Of a DNA stretch of 64,000 nt, positions 12,405 through 25,571 are shown in pieces. Source of the stretch: Mobula birostris (lineage: Eukaryota). The notes below the pieces were generated by a model. That model had not been told where the DNA came from. It saw only the letters and a list, made by a program, of their open reading frames with translations, and ran no database searches. Made by a program: the position numbers and the translations under genes. Position 1 is the stretch's first letter; each line of letters starts with the position of its first letter. The DNA lies in contig NC_092371.1 in assembly GCF_030028105.1 (NCBI RefSeq), forward strand, positions 213,402,031 to 213,466,030, in the 5' to 3' direction.

Positions 12405-12500
12405 TTGCCGAAGGGTTTCGGCCGGAAACATCAATTGTACTTTTTTCCATAGATACTGCCTGGCGTGCTGAGTTCCTCCAGCATTTTGTGTGTGGTGTTT
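12405..12500 (+). mobile_element. Penelope pLTR fragment
   Basis: gaagggtttcggccggaaacatc...atagatactgcctggcgtgctgagttcctccagcattttgtg. Confidence 0.7.
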
Positions 12501-15500
12501 GAAGTGGATGTTATCAGTCTGATCAGCTTCATTGTTTCCATTCTACTGAGCTAGATCTCAATATCTTGAAACAACTGAATTAATTGGGAAGTGACATTTA
12601 TGATGGTAAGGGAGCAATATGGAGGATAATAAGTCAATAATAGCTGAAGATGTTTTCAGGAATGTACTTGCATGCTGGGCTCCTCACATGATCTTGGATG
12701 AAGATGTTCGTGGACTGTCTTTCACCGTTCTGTTGGCAGATTGCTTACCATTATTTTCAGCTGGATGGACTTGATTTTGTGGGACTATGCTAATATCTGT
12801 TGGTGGTTTTATCAGTTCAGCAGTTTGTCACTGGAGGGAGATACAAAGCAAATTTTAAGTTTCACCTTCCTGTGCTCTTCACCTGTGTACTGTGGCTGGA
12901 GCTTTATCAGTGTGCCAACCATGTGCCACTTTGTAAGGATTAAACTAGTTCCTTCAATCATTAAATATAGCACCGCAAAAATGTAGTTTTCTTGACTACT
13001 GTTGTCATATTGAAATAGATAAAATATAATGGAAAGGTAAAAATAATGGCATAGATTGATGTAGTTATGATTCAGATGGTGCACTTTTGTCATAGAATAG
13101 CCAACGAGCCGGGATCAATAAAGATAGCCCACAATCTCACTGAGGTTTCCTCCCCAGTTCTGAAGGTTGCTTGGGCATTGTAGCTTACCCCGTGATTAGC
13201 CTGGGACTAAATCAGGAATCGCTGGCCGCCGTTGCTCAAAGGGCCTGAAGAGCCTATCCTGCGCTGTTTCTCAAATCAATCAGTCAATCAATAGAATTAT
13301 TTGTGCACATCTGACAAAAAAATGAAGTTCTGAAAATGTCTAAAAAGGCCTGTGTTTAGATATTATGAGAAAACATAATGCAAAACATTCAGTCAGATAA
13401 AAACCAAGTAGCAATTTACTGGAGTGTTTAAATAACTGATTATTAGACTAATGGAAAATTGAATTGTGATTTTTAATAAATTCTGGTTCTTTGTGAGCAT
13501 TATAAAAGCTTCTGTATAAACTGAAGATTAATAAAATATAGCAATGATATAACTACATTTGTTCTGTTAATCTTTGTGAGCTGCATATTTGAGAGGAATA
13601 AAATGAACTAATGGAACTACGTAAATTTACACAAAATTTTGAATCAGAAATAGTACTTTTATCCATGATATTTATGCTGAAGTACAAAGTGCTTATTATG
13701 TCTTATATTAAGAGGAGCCCCTTTTAACCTACCAAAGGAAATGATAGCTGCCCCCCTACTAATTATAGCTGCTACAATAAGAAACATTATATATTCATGG
13801 AGGGCCCTATGGTACAATGCACTTTACTGCAGGATGGGATCTTTTGCTATTGTCATAATGCTAATCACAATACTGTGAAGTAACATCAAGCTGAGGGTAG
13901 GTGCTTTGTTACTGAAGGAAATAAAATGGCAATAAAATCAAGTCAAGTTACCCTCTTTTTCCCCCTCTCAACCCCGATTGATTAATGTTGCAGAAACCAA
14001 CACAAAACCAAGGGCAGAAAAATGGGTATTGTAAAAACAGGCGTTCAACCTCCAAAAAGGGAGAAAAATTACCTTATTTGTATTCAAGAATGGCCCAAGA
14101 GGCAATTCTTTTACTTAAAGATGTTTTATTTCTGCATTTCTAAGAGATTAGGAACAGGTGACACATTTTCCTTCAACCCAGGAATGAGGCAGTTCTCGAG
14201 TATTGAAGTTAACATCATTAGAAGAAGCATTTAAGTCTGAGACTACTTTTTAGGTGAAATACAATTAATTGTATTAAGTTTTTGTTATTAGGCCTTTAAG
14301 CCCTTTGGGTTTTATTCTGACATCAGAATTCAGCGTAACAAATTTAGATATGATTTTTCAAGATGAATTTTCTCTGACATTTAAGCTACTTTTTCTAATT
14401 ATGTTGTCAAATTGTGAATACGAAACATAGCTTAAGATTATTTCGAACTTTGAAAGCCTGAAAGACCCAGTATGTTGTATAGCTCATTTGTACAAAGGAC
14501 AGCATTTCTCTCATCTACAGATAATGCTATTTAATATATAAATCAGAAGGATATTTTTATTTCAAATGTACAATATGTTAAAATGGATAATTTCTCATTG
14601 CATTTTAAAAAACAAAGTGCTAAACTAAAGGATGCATTTAGTGATATTTCAACAATAATTAAAGGGGGGGGAGGGAGAGGGAGACACTGACATAATGCAG
14701 GAAACATTGATGCCAAATGATATACAGGGTGATTCCAGTTTCACGTTTATTATCATGGGCACACTTTATCAGGATGTAAATGCCATGAAAATTTGGCTTT
14801 TTGTAGCAGCACAATCAATACATTTCAAACATGACAATCATAACTTGCATGAACAAATTAATGTACATTATACATAACTTACATGACACAATGAACAAAA
14901 TTGACATAACAGCGTTAATGCAATTGAGTAACATGTAGTCCAAGGTAGAATTGGGGTTTTCCAGGTTGGTTCAAGAGCCCGACAGCAATGGAAGGAAACT
15001 TCAGATGAGCCTTGAGGTGTGGATCTTCAGGCTCTTGAACCTAAGAATCACTCTTGAACCTAAGAATCAGGCATAGTCTGGATGGTGGAATCTGTGATGA
15101 TGGATGTTGCCTTTCTGTGATGTTACCCCTTGTAGGGAGACCTCCTCAACCATCAATTTGATAATAACGTAATTGATTATTGTGGTAATACCATGATAGG
15201 CTCTTGATTAATCAGGGCATCAAAGATGAAGGCAGGAAAATGGCATTATGAGTGGATGGAGCAGACTCGATGGGCTGAGTGGCCTAATTGTGCTCCTATG
15301 TTTTATGGTCATATAGTCCTATAATCTATTCCAATTATGTTGAGATGTAAAATAAACATTGGGTTATTTTCTTTCATTAAGATAATGAGTGCTGTGCAAA
15401 CTGAAGTGTCCGGCAGAGAGAGCAGATGGGCCTTGCTTTTATGGTCTATCTGAAAGATGGTGTTCCGATGAAGCAGTATTGGTAACTGATGGTATTTACC

Positions 15501-16016
15501 TGGCTTTCCATTTTAGGATGTTAAAATAATAGAATGAAACAGTGAAATTCACTCTAGCTCAGTAGTAGATACTTAAAAATAAAATAGTAATAAGAAATCC
15601 CAAAGGAATTTATGGATATGTTTGTAGATGTACCTGTCTGGGAAACATATTTTTCAATGTTAAACGAAGGCCTGTTTTGATGGTATTTCTTCTGGCATGA
15701 TTACTGTGAATCATGGATATGATCCATTTCAAGTTATTTTGATGCAGCTTAATTTTTGGGAACAGTGCATCCTTGTAGATAATTATGGGCAGGCTTGCCT
15801 TCCACATAAAAGGTGCACAGCTGAAGTTAAAAAGAGTTTGTATTTGGAAATGAAATGGTTCATCTCAGGACTACCAGAGCAAGCACATTTTAAATAAATG
15901 CACTAAACACCAATTGCAGAGGCGCAGTTAAATCTGTATTACAAGATTACTAGAGACACAAGGCACTGCAGATGCTAGAATCTGGAGCAAACATGAATTA
16001 CTAGAGGAACCCAAAG

Positions 16017-18334
16017 GGAAACGAGTTAGGACAAGTGACAGAAGCTTGTGTAGGGGAGCACTTTGGTTCCAGTGATCATAACACCATTAGTTTCAACTTG
16101 ATCATGGACAAGGATAGATCTGGTCCAAGGGCTGAGGTTCTTAACTGGAAGAAGACCAAATTTGAAGAAATGAGAAAAGATCTAAAAAGCGTGGATTGGG
16201 ACAGGTTGTTCTCTGGCATGGATGTGATCAGTAGGTGGGAAGCCTTCAAAGCAGAAATTTTGAGAGTGCATAATTTGTATGTTCCTGTCAGGATTAAAGG
16301 CAAGTTGAATAGGAATAAGGAACCTTGGTTCTCAAGGGATATTGCAACTCTGATAAAGAAGAAGAGGGAGTTGTATGACGTGTATAGGAAGCAGGGAGTA
16401 AATAAGGTGCTTGAGGAGTATAAGAAATGCAAGAAAATACTTAAGAAAGAAATCAGGAGGGCTAAAAGAAGACATGAGGTTGCCTTGGCAGTCAAAGTGA
16501 AGGATAATCCAAAGAGCTTTTACAGGTATAATAAGAGCAAAAGGATTGTAAGGGATAAAATTGGTCCTCTTGAAGATCAGAGTGGTTGGCTATGTGCGGA
16601 ACCAAAGGAAATGGGGGAGATCTTAAATAGGTTTTTTGCGTCTGTGTTTACTAAGGAAACTGGCATGAAGTCTATGGAATTAAGGGAAACAAGTAGTGAG
16701 ATCATGGAAACTGTACAGATCGAAAAGGAGGAGGTCCTTGCTGTCTTGCGGAAAATTAAAGTGGATGAATCCCCGGGACCTGACAGGGTGTTCCCTCGGA
16801 CCTTGAAGGAGACCAGTGTTGAAATTGCAGGGGCCCTGGCAGAAATATTTAAAATGTCGCTGTCTACAGGTGAGGTGACAGAGGATTGGAGAGTGGCTCA
16901 TGTTGTTCCGTTGTTTAAAAAAGGATCGAAAAGTAATCTGGGAAATTATAGGCCAGTAAGTTTAACGTTGGTAGTAGGTAAGTTATTGGAGGGAGTACTA
17001 AGAGACAGAATCTACAAGCATTTGGATAGATGGGGACTTATTAGGGAGAGTCAACATGGCTTTGTGCGTGGTAGGTCATGTTTGACCAATCTATTGGAGT
17101 TTTTCGAGGAGGTTACCAGGAAAGTGGATGAAGGGAAGGCAGTGGATATTGTCTACATGGACTTCAGTAAGGCCTTTGACAAGGTCCCGCATGGGAGGTT
17201 AGTTAGGAAAATTCAGTCGCTAGGTATACATGGAGAGATGGTAAATTGGATTAGACATTGGCTCGATGGAAGAAGCCAGAGAGTGGTGGTAGAGAATTGC
17301 TTCTCTGAGTGGAGGCCTGTGACTAGTGGTGTGCCACAGGGATCAGTGCTGGGTCCATTGTTATTTGTCATCTATATCAATGATCTGGATGATAATGTGG
17401 TAAATTGGATCAGCAAGTTTGCTGATGATACGAAGATTGGAGGTGTAGTAGGACAGTGAGGAAGGTTTTCAGAGCCTGCAGAGGGACTTGGACCAGCTGG
17501 AAAAATGGGCTGAAAAATGGCAGATGGAGTTTAATACTGACAAGTGTGAGGTATTGCACGTTGGAAGGACAAACCAATGTAGAACATACAGGGTTAATGG
17601 TAAGGCACTGAGGAGTGCAGTGGAACAGAGGGATCTGGGAATACAGATACAAAATTCCCTAAAAGTGGCGTCACAGGTAGATAGGGTCGTAAAGAGAGCT
17701 TTTGGTACATTGGCCTTTATTAATCAAAGTATTGAGTATAGGAGCTGGAATGTTATGATGAGGTTGTATAAGGCATTGGTGAAGCCAAATCTGGAGTATT
17801 GTGTTCAGTTTTGGTCACCAAATTACGGGAAGGATATAAATAAGGTTGAAAGAGTGCAGAGAAGGTTTACAAGGATATTGCGGGGACTTGAGAAACTCCG
17901 TTACAGAGAAAGGTTGAATAGGTTAGGACTTTATTCCCTGGAGCGTAGAAGAATGAGGGGAGATTTGATAGAGGTATATAAAATTATGATGGGTATAGAT
18001 AGAGTGAATGCAAGCAGGCTTTTTCCACTGAGGCAAGGGGAGAAAAATACCAGAGGACATGGGTTAAGGGTGAGGGGGGAAAAGTTTAAAGGGAACATTG
18101 GGGGGGCTTCTTCACACAGAGAGTGGTGGGAGTATGGAATGAGCTGCCAGGCAAGGTGGTAAATGCGGGTTCTTTTTTAACATTTAAGAATAATTTGGAC
18201 AGATACATGGATGGGAGGTGTATGGAAGGATATGGTCCGTGTGCAGGTCAGTGGGACTAGGCAGAAAATAGTTCAGCACAGCCAAGAAGGGCCAAAAGGC
18301 CTGTTTCTGTGCTGTAGTTTCTATGGCTTCTATG
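16017..18334 (+). mobile_element. Young 5'-truncated CR1 LINE (end of APE domain, RT, 3' UTR)
   Basis: ORFs 16035-17459 and 17488-18162 with [44 protein letters not shown] and FADD; frameshifts near 17450 and 18105; ttctatg terminal repeats. Confidence 0.95.
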
Positions 18335-18339
18335 GACTG

Positions 18340-19010
18340 CCTAGCCCAGTAAAAGCCCTGACCTCGGAGCTGGTGTTCACTGTGCAATTGGAGAACAATG
18401 CTGCTCCATTCCTTAAAGTTGTCATAGCTGGGGAAGTTAGTGAGAATAAGCTCCCACTACCGATTACATACTCCCAATAGTATCTGTCTCAGATAGCCTT
18501 TGACAAAATCCAGCTCCTTGCCTTCACATGTGGCTTAGCTACTAAACCAGGCGGAACCATTTCTACTGACAGGGAGAAGGGGCAAAAATGGGTTACTGGG
18601 ACCTTAAAACCAGTCACATTGGGTAGATGGGGCTCATCGGCTGTGGTTTAGGAGAAGGAAAACTCTAATCTTAAACCTTGCAGTTACAGCCACTCATGGG
18701 CAAGACATCGAGAGTAAACTGTAAAGAAAACTTTGGAACTGGAGTCCCCAAGGCAGTGGCATGTTGAGTTCAATGCTGACTGGCAACTCCTGCGATGCTG
18801 CTGGTGCAAACTGTATCGGCCTCTGCCATTCGTTTGGATTCATCAGCTGCGTGGAGATGGGGAGCCTGCTACATGGGCAACAGCTTGTTCTCCGCATGGT
18901 ACTGCCCTGGCTTGTATGTGACAGCAGGCTTGACCTCGACCAACGGAGGGCCTTACTGTGCTGCCCTGTTCCCACTCAGCAAACGTTGTGAAATCAGTTC
19001 CTATGACTTG
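18340..19010 (+). mobile_element. RTE-clade LINE 5' region or non-autonomous derivative
   Basis: Motifs gggtagatggggctcatc and ggagaaggaaaactctaatcttaaacc resemble RTE 5' UTRs as I recall them; no diagnostic ORF. Confidence 0.45.
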
Positions 19011-19039
19011 GTGTGAAAATAGAGAACCCATTTAAGTAT

Positions 19040-19800
19040 TAGAAGCATAGAAATCTACAGCACATTACAGGCCCTTCAGCCCACAATGTTGTGCCGACCA
19101 TGTAATCTATTCTAGAAACTGCCTGGAATTTCCCTAGTGCATAGTCCTCTATTTTTCTCAGCTCCATTTACCTATCCAAGAGTCTCTTAAAAAAGACCCT
19201 ATTTGATCTGCCTCCATCACCGCTGCCGGCAGCCCATTCCACGCATCCACCACTCCCCGTGTAAAAAAAACTTACCTCTGACATCCCCCTTGTTCTGACT
19301 TCCAAGCACCTTAAAACTGTGCCCCCTTGTATTAGCTGTTTCAACCCTGGGAAAAAGCCTCTGGCTATCCACACAATCAATGCCTTTCATCATCTTATAC
19401 TTCTCTATCAGATCACCTGATCCTCATCCTTTGTCACTCCAAGGAGAAAAGGCCAAGTTCACTCAAACTATTCTCATAAGGCATGCTCTCCAATCCAGGC
19501 AACATCCTTGTAAATCTCCTCTGCACTCTCTCCATAGTATCCACATCCTTCTTGTAGTGAGGAGAGCAGAACTGAACACAATACTCCAAATGGGGTCTAA
19601 CTAAGGTTGTATATAGCTGTAACATTACCTTCTGACTCTTGAACTCAATCCTACGGTTGATGAAGGCCATCACACCATACCCCATCTGAACAGCACTGTC
19701 AACCCGTGCAGCAGCTTCAAGTGTCCTATGGACACAGCCCCCAAGATCTCACTGATCCTCCACGCTGCCAAGAGTCTTGCCATTAATATTATATTCTGTC
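19040..19800 (-). mobile_element. CR1 LINE 3' fragment
   Basis: Minus ORF 19434-19685 (LYTTLVRPHLEYCVQF.SPHYKKD..ERVQRRFTRMLPGL); same subfamily as 44860-45900. Confidence 0.92.
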
Positions 19801-20809
19801 TGTTAAATAATTTGGAGAAGTTTCTTTGTGATTGCCATAAGTATACTTCACAACATTGAAATCAAGAATAAACCAGTGCTTTTCTTTAATACCTTCTGTC
19901 AACCTTTTGATTAGTTGGGAATTTGGAAACCATTGTACAAATGTAAACTTTAAAGAGCAATCTGTGTTCTGTGTGTGCCATTCAACATCATCTGTCACTA
20001 TATGAAACCAAGTGCTCCTACAGATGTTCAGGGCTTACAAAAAATGAAAAAAAAATCACTTTTATTTGATTCTTTACACTATAAATAACTTGTGCAGCAT
20101 GTACACTTGAGCTATCTGAAAGAAACTCATGATAACTCTGTCAACCAGGTTGAGTAGGATTGCTAATTACTTGTTCCATGAGGTTCCATTCCTCGCTGTT
20201 TTAAGGGAAAATGGTGCAAAGCAATCAGCCGAAGAGTGAGTGGAAGGTGTGTTAGTCCCTTGACTCGAACTAGTACTGTATCTTGAGTTGATTCTCTTTA
20301 TTATCCTTGAGGTGGTCAATTAAGGTCAACACTCAATAGTCAGGATGCTTCTGTTTTGTTTTCACTGCAGCTGAGTTTTGGGCACGATTGAGGACTGACT
20401 ATCCGTCGTGTAGTTTTTTTATATCCTATACGCTGTCTCATGGTTGATTGCTTTACTACCTGAGTGCTTTACGACAAATGATCATCTGAAAGAATACCGA
20501 TCATTCAAGACAACACACAAAAAATGTGTGAACTCAACGGCTGCTTTTATTTCTGACAGACAAGTGCAAGGCCATAGCTGTGCTTTCTGCAGTTTGGTAT
20601 TGCCTGCATTGTTACTTTGTTTGATGGGATTATTGAAAATCAAATGAAATTGATGAGCAGGGACTTAATGATACTGGGATCATGGAAGAGTTGCTGGTTG
20701 TTATCCCATATACAGAGTGCAAATTGAAAACATTTTTTGAAGTCTTTTGAATTTAAATTTGATGCTTTCAACCTCCCATGGAAACTGAAGAGTCTTCTTG
20801 ACTTTATTG

Positions 20810-21200
20810 ACTTTCATTTTTGCATTGAATGTGGTGTCAAAAAATAAAATACAAAAGAAAAAAAAACTCAAAAAAAGCAAACACCCCGCGATTAAAAAAA
20901 GCAGTCAATTCAGTTCGTTACTTTCAGTATCCTGAATATTGTTCTCCAGAAACTTGTAGAAAATGTGCCAAATTTCCTGAAATTTGCCAGGTTTGTTTTT
21001 CGTAACGCAGCTTATCTTTTCTGGAGCAAGATAAGAAGTCATTCCTTTCAGCCATTGTGAGAGGCTACTGGTTGTTGGTTTCTTCCATGAATAGGCTATG
21101 CAGCATTTGGCTTCCAAAAAACAAATATTAAGCAGAGACCTTAATTTTTTCCTTTTCTTTAACTTCGTTGTACTTTCAAACCTATGGATGATCTAATGTG
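20810..21200 (-). mobile_element. L1-clade LINE ORF2 C-terminal fragment
   Basis: Minus ORF 20905-21117, AKCCIAYSWK...WLKGM....EKI......KFQEIW..F, has the layout of a fish L1 ORF2 C-terminus and is followed by a T-rich 3' UTR. Confidence 0.7.
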
Positions 21201-21382
21201 TTTCCTCTTCACTCTGTCAAAGCAATAAAGAGATGTTTTTAAAAAAGTGCCAAAGAATTATTAGTTTGTGTGGTTTTCTACATAAAATTCTGTGATAAAT
21301 CTAGGATTATTTTATTTTGTTTTATTCAGGGCTGCGATACCCTTTACAACCTAATACAGTGTATCACCTATATTCTATAGAG

Positions 21383-21462
21383 CAGGGGTTCCCAACCTTT
21401 TTTATACTGTGGACCAACACCATTAAGTGAAGGGTCCATGGACCCCACATTGGGAACCCCTG
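21383..21462. mobile_element. About 80-bp hAT/Charlie-type MITE
   Basis: TIR caggggttcccaa...ttgggaacccctg; degenerate 8-bp flanks ctatagag/ctagaaag. Confidence 0.8.
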
Positions 21463-22059
21463 CTAGAAAGTAATACCAGAAATCTGTTGAAGTAATAATC
21501 CTGAATTCTGGGCCTCGTCTCTTTCCTGACCACTTCAATTATTTAGTGATATCTTAGATAGTACACATGCCAATCTGGAAAACTAGGTATTAGCTTTAAA
21601 ACAAAAATTTCTGATTGAAGAACCTGACTCTTAAGAAACAAGACTAAGTATAGACTTTTGTATTGTACAATATAACGTGGATTGAGAATCTAGTGGGCAC
21701 GTGTTTGTTGAAACTTGGGCTGTACTTTCAGTATCAAGCAATCTATCACCTGTATTGCTGGGGGGTCGGGGGAGACACTAAGTTGCATAGACGTGCTACT
21801 TGCATTGATGATGCATTTGAAAATGCATGAATAAATATGATAGGAAAAAGGGATAAGGGCCAAACCTCCCAGGAAAATTTGATTGCTGATAATATTCCAG
21901 GGACAAGATGGTGACTCTTTGCATGCATCTCCGATGTGAATCATCAAGTGTTCTCATGTTGGGAAATCCAGTCACAGTTACGGGTACTTCAGCAAGCAAC
22001 ACCGTTTGAAGACGTTTACATGGTTTATCAATCCACAAATTTGACAGATCCTGAACAAC

Positions 22060-22300
22060 AGACTCAGGTCATGAGTGAAGTACCCCTTTAAGGAAACAGA
22101 AGTGGGGAAGTCTTCAGAGTTCCAGGGAAGTAATCACTCCTAAGTTGCAGGAGGTGAGTAGATGAGTGACTGTCAGGAGAAATGGAAATGTGAACAGCCA
22201 GTTGGGCAAAGCACCACTGTGGCTATTCCCCTCAATAATATGTATACCGTTTTGGATACTGTTGTGAGGGGTGTCCTCCCAGGGGAATGCCACGGAGACT
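22060..22300 (+). mobile_element. CR1 ORF1 fragment
   Basis: Encodes TTVAIPLNNMYTVLDTV, typical of the CR1 ORF1 segment before the esterase domain. Confidence 0.55.
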
Positions 22301-22309
22301 TCAGAATAT

Positions 22310-24540
22310 CTTTCATCTTTCAGGGCATCGGGCCCCGATGATGTACCTCTAGGGCATTGCGAACTTGTGCCAACCAACTGGCGGAAGTGTTCAAGGACAT
22401 TTTCGTTTCTCGCTGCTGCATTCGGAGGTTCATAGAAACACAGAAAATAGATGCAGGAGTAGGCCATTTGGTCCTTCGAGCCTGCACCACCATTCAGTAT
22501 GATCATGGCTGATCATCCAACTCAGAATCCTGTACCTGCCTTCTCTCCATACCCCTGATCCCTTTAGCTACAAGGGCCATATCTAATTCCCTCTTAAATA
22601 TAGCCAATGAACAGGCCTCAACTGTTTCCTGTGGCAGAGAATTTCACAGATTCACCACTCTCTGTGTGAAGAAGTTATTCCTAATCTCGGTCCTAAAAGG
22701 CTTCCCCTTTATCCTCAAACTGTGACCCCTCGTTCTGGACTTCCCCAACATCGGGAACAATCTTCCTGCATCTAGCCTGTCCAATCCCTTTAGGATTTTA
22801 TACGTTTCAATAAGATCCCCCCTCAATCTTCTAAATTCCAGCGAGTATAAGCCTAGTCGATCCAGTCTTTCATCATATGAAAGTCCTGCCATCCCAGGAA
22901 TCAATCTGGTGAACCTTCTTTGTACTCCCTCTATGGCAAGGATGTCTTTCCTCAGATTAGGGGACCAAAACTGCACACAATACTCCAGGTGTGGTCTCAC
23001 CAAGGCCTTGACAACTGCAGTAGTACCTCCCTGCTCCTGTACTCGAATCCTCTTGCTATGAATGCCAGCATACCATTCGCCTTTTTCACTGCCTGCTGTA
23101 CCTGCATGCCCACTTTCAATGACTGGTGTATAATGACACCCAGGTCTCGTTGCACCTCCCCTTTTCCTAATCAGCCACCGTTCCCACCTGCTTCAATAGG
23201 GCGACAATCATACCAGTGCCCAAAAAGAGCAGGATGAGCTGCCTGAACAACTGTTGCCCCATTGCACTCACACTTATTGTGATGAAGAGCTTTGAGAGGT
23301 TGGTCATGGCCAGAATCAACTCTCCTAAGCAAGAACCTGCACCTGCTGCAATTTGCCGATCACTACAGTAGATCCAAAGCGGATACAATCTCACTGGCTC
23401 ACCACTTGATCTTGGATCACCTAGACAATAGCAATACCTATATCAGGCTGCTCTTTATTGATTACAACTCAGGATTCAGCTCAGTCATACCCTCAGTTCT
23501 AGTCAACAAGCCCCACAAGCCAGGCCTTTGTACCTCCCTCTGCAACTGGATCCTTGACTTCCTCATCCGGAGACCACTGCCTGTGCGGGTTGGAGGTTGA
23601 TCAGAGACAATCAACACTGGCGCACCTCAAGGATGCATGCGTAGCCGCTGCTGTACTCTCTCTACACTCACACCTGTGTGGCTATGCACAGCTCAAAAGC
23701 CATCTATAAATTTGCCCACGACGCAGTATTGTTGGCGGAATTTCAGATAGTGAGGAGGAGGCATACAGGAGAGAGGTATAGCAGCTGATTGACTGGTGCT
23801 GCAACAACAGCCTTGCACTGGGCACTAGTAAGACCAAAGAGTTGATTGTGGAGTTCAGGAAAGGGAGGTCAAGGGAACAGATCCCAGTCCCCATCGAAGG
23901 ATCAGAAGTGGGAAGGGTGAGCAGTTTCAAGTTCCTGGGTGTCAACATCTCTGAAGATCTATCTTGGGCCCAACCTATTGATGCAATTACAGGGAAGGCA
24001 CAACAGTGTCTATATTTCTTTTGATATTTGAAGAGTCTTGGTATGTCACCAAAGACACTTTCTCAAATTTCTACAGATGTACCATGGAGAGCATTCTAAC
24101 TGATTATTGTTTCACCATCTGATATGGAGGGGCCACTGCACAGAATTGGAAAAAGCTGCAGAAAGTTGCAAACTTAGCCAGCTTCAACATGTGCCGTATC
24201 GAGGATATCTTCAAAAGGCGATGCCTGAGAAAGGTGGCATCCATCATTAAGGACCCCCATCAGCCAGGACATGCCCTCTTCTCAATGCAACCATGAAGGA
24301 GGAGCTTTAGAAGCCTGAAGACACACACTCAATGATTATATTCTTCCCCACAGCCATTAATATTCTGAATGGAAAATAACCCATGTACACTATCTCAATT
24401 TTTTTCTCTCCTTTTTTCATTGCTTACTTAATTTCTTATATATATAGTAAATTATAGTTTATTATGTATTGCAATGTACTACTGCTGCAAAACAGCTTAC
24501 TTTATGATACATGCCAATGATATTAAATCTGATTCTGATA
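22310..24540 (+). mobile_element. Rex1/Babar LINE (RT to 3' end), interrupted by a CR1
   Basis: ASGPD..CANQLAEVFKDIF resumes at about 23180 with VPTCF; YIRLLFIDYNSGF, CNWILDFL, GAPQG, FKFLGVNISEDLSW; gattctgat tail. Confidence 0.88.
22431..23179 (-). mobile_element. CR1 LINE 3' fragment inserted antisense into Rex1
   Basis: Minus ORF 22644-23003 (VRPHLEYCVQFWSP...RRLRGDLIETYKI); catagaaac tail at 22431. Confidence 0.93.
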
Positions 24541-25571
24541 CTGCTTTTCCAACTTTTTAAAAGTCTTTCATCATTCTTCCTTTAAAATCAAATTAATCGC
24601 AAATGTTCTCTATGTTGAATATGACGTTGTAAGATAATCAAAACTTTTGCTTTGTACAAAACCTAACTTCAGAAACAGTGTTAATTTATGAACTGAAAAC
24701 TTTAAAATTCCGCACCTGCACTGATACCAACCAGAAGGTAATTCATCCTGGAAAGGTACGGTGCACCACCTCATTCTGCAAAGACTTGAAAATGTCCTTG
24801 CTTACTCTGCCAAGCTTCAAAATAGATGGCACACAGATTTGCAAAATGTTTCATTGTATAACAGGCTGGCATTTATTTAAAATTTTCACAACAGGTAGGC
24901 TAAATTGATATAGAGAAGCACTTGCGACTATAAATATCAGTTCTGTGTTTGTTTACGGAGCATGACTTTTTGCTTGCTATTATTGTAAATAAAGTTTGAA
25001 ACTCTATATATCAACCTTGGAAAATGTAGTAAGGTGAGAACTTGAGCATTTTAAAGGCTGTTTTTGTTTCTGATGAAAATTTAACATTTAAAACTTGTTT
25101 ATTTAAAGAAATTCACAAATAGAGCATATATATTTTGCTCCAGGCAAAATTAAGAGTGGAAAGCAGTCAACCATGTTACTTTTCCACCATCTATTAATTT
25201 TAAGAAGCAGAACATTTACGTTTAATGACCTTAACTGGGAAAGTTAAGGTAGGAGGTCACATGTGATGGGTCACGTGTATTCAAATTATAGGGCACGTGA
25301 AGAATCTCAGTGTAATAGCAGGAGGAGAAAGCTCAGAAGTAGGAATACAGTGGGAAGAGGCAAGTCGGATCAGAGAGAGGGAGAATTTCAAGGAAGAGGG
25401 CTATTGAGATGCATTCTCGCTGAATAAACCGAAACATCTTCAATTCACCTACCTGAAAAGTTAGAAGAAAGTGTATTTCAATTCATTACTGAGTCTATTT
25501 TCTTCATTTCACCATTTAGCTAACACTTTAACTTGAAGAGAAATGAAAAGAATGAAATACTGTGGTATTTA

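Noticed and set aside
15380-15500. DeuSINE-like remnant on the minus strand
   Set aside because: Similarity is weak and from memory only; not enough to list as a feature.
16035-17459. 474-aa reverse transcriptase ORF as a novel host gene or retron-like system
   Set aside because: Ordinary 5'-truncated CR1 ORF2 with a frameshifted continuation and CR1 3' UTR; many paralogous fragments in the window.
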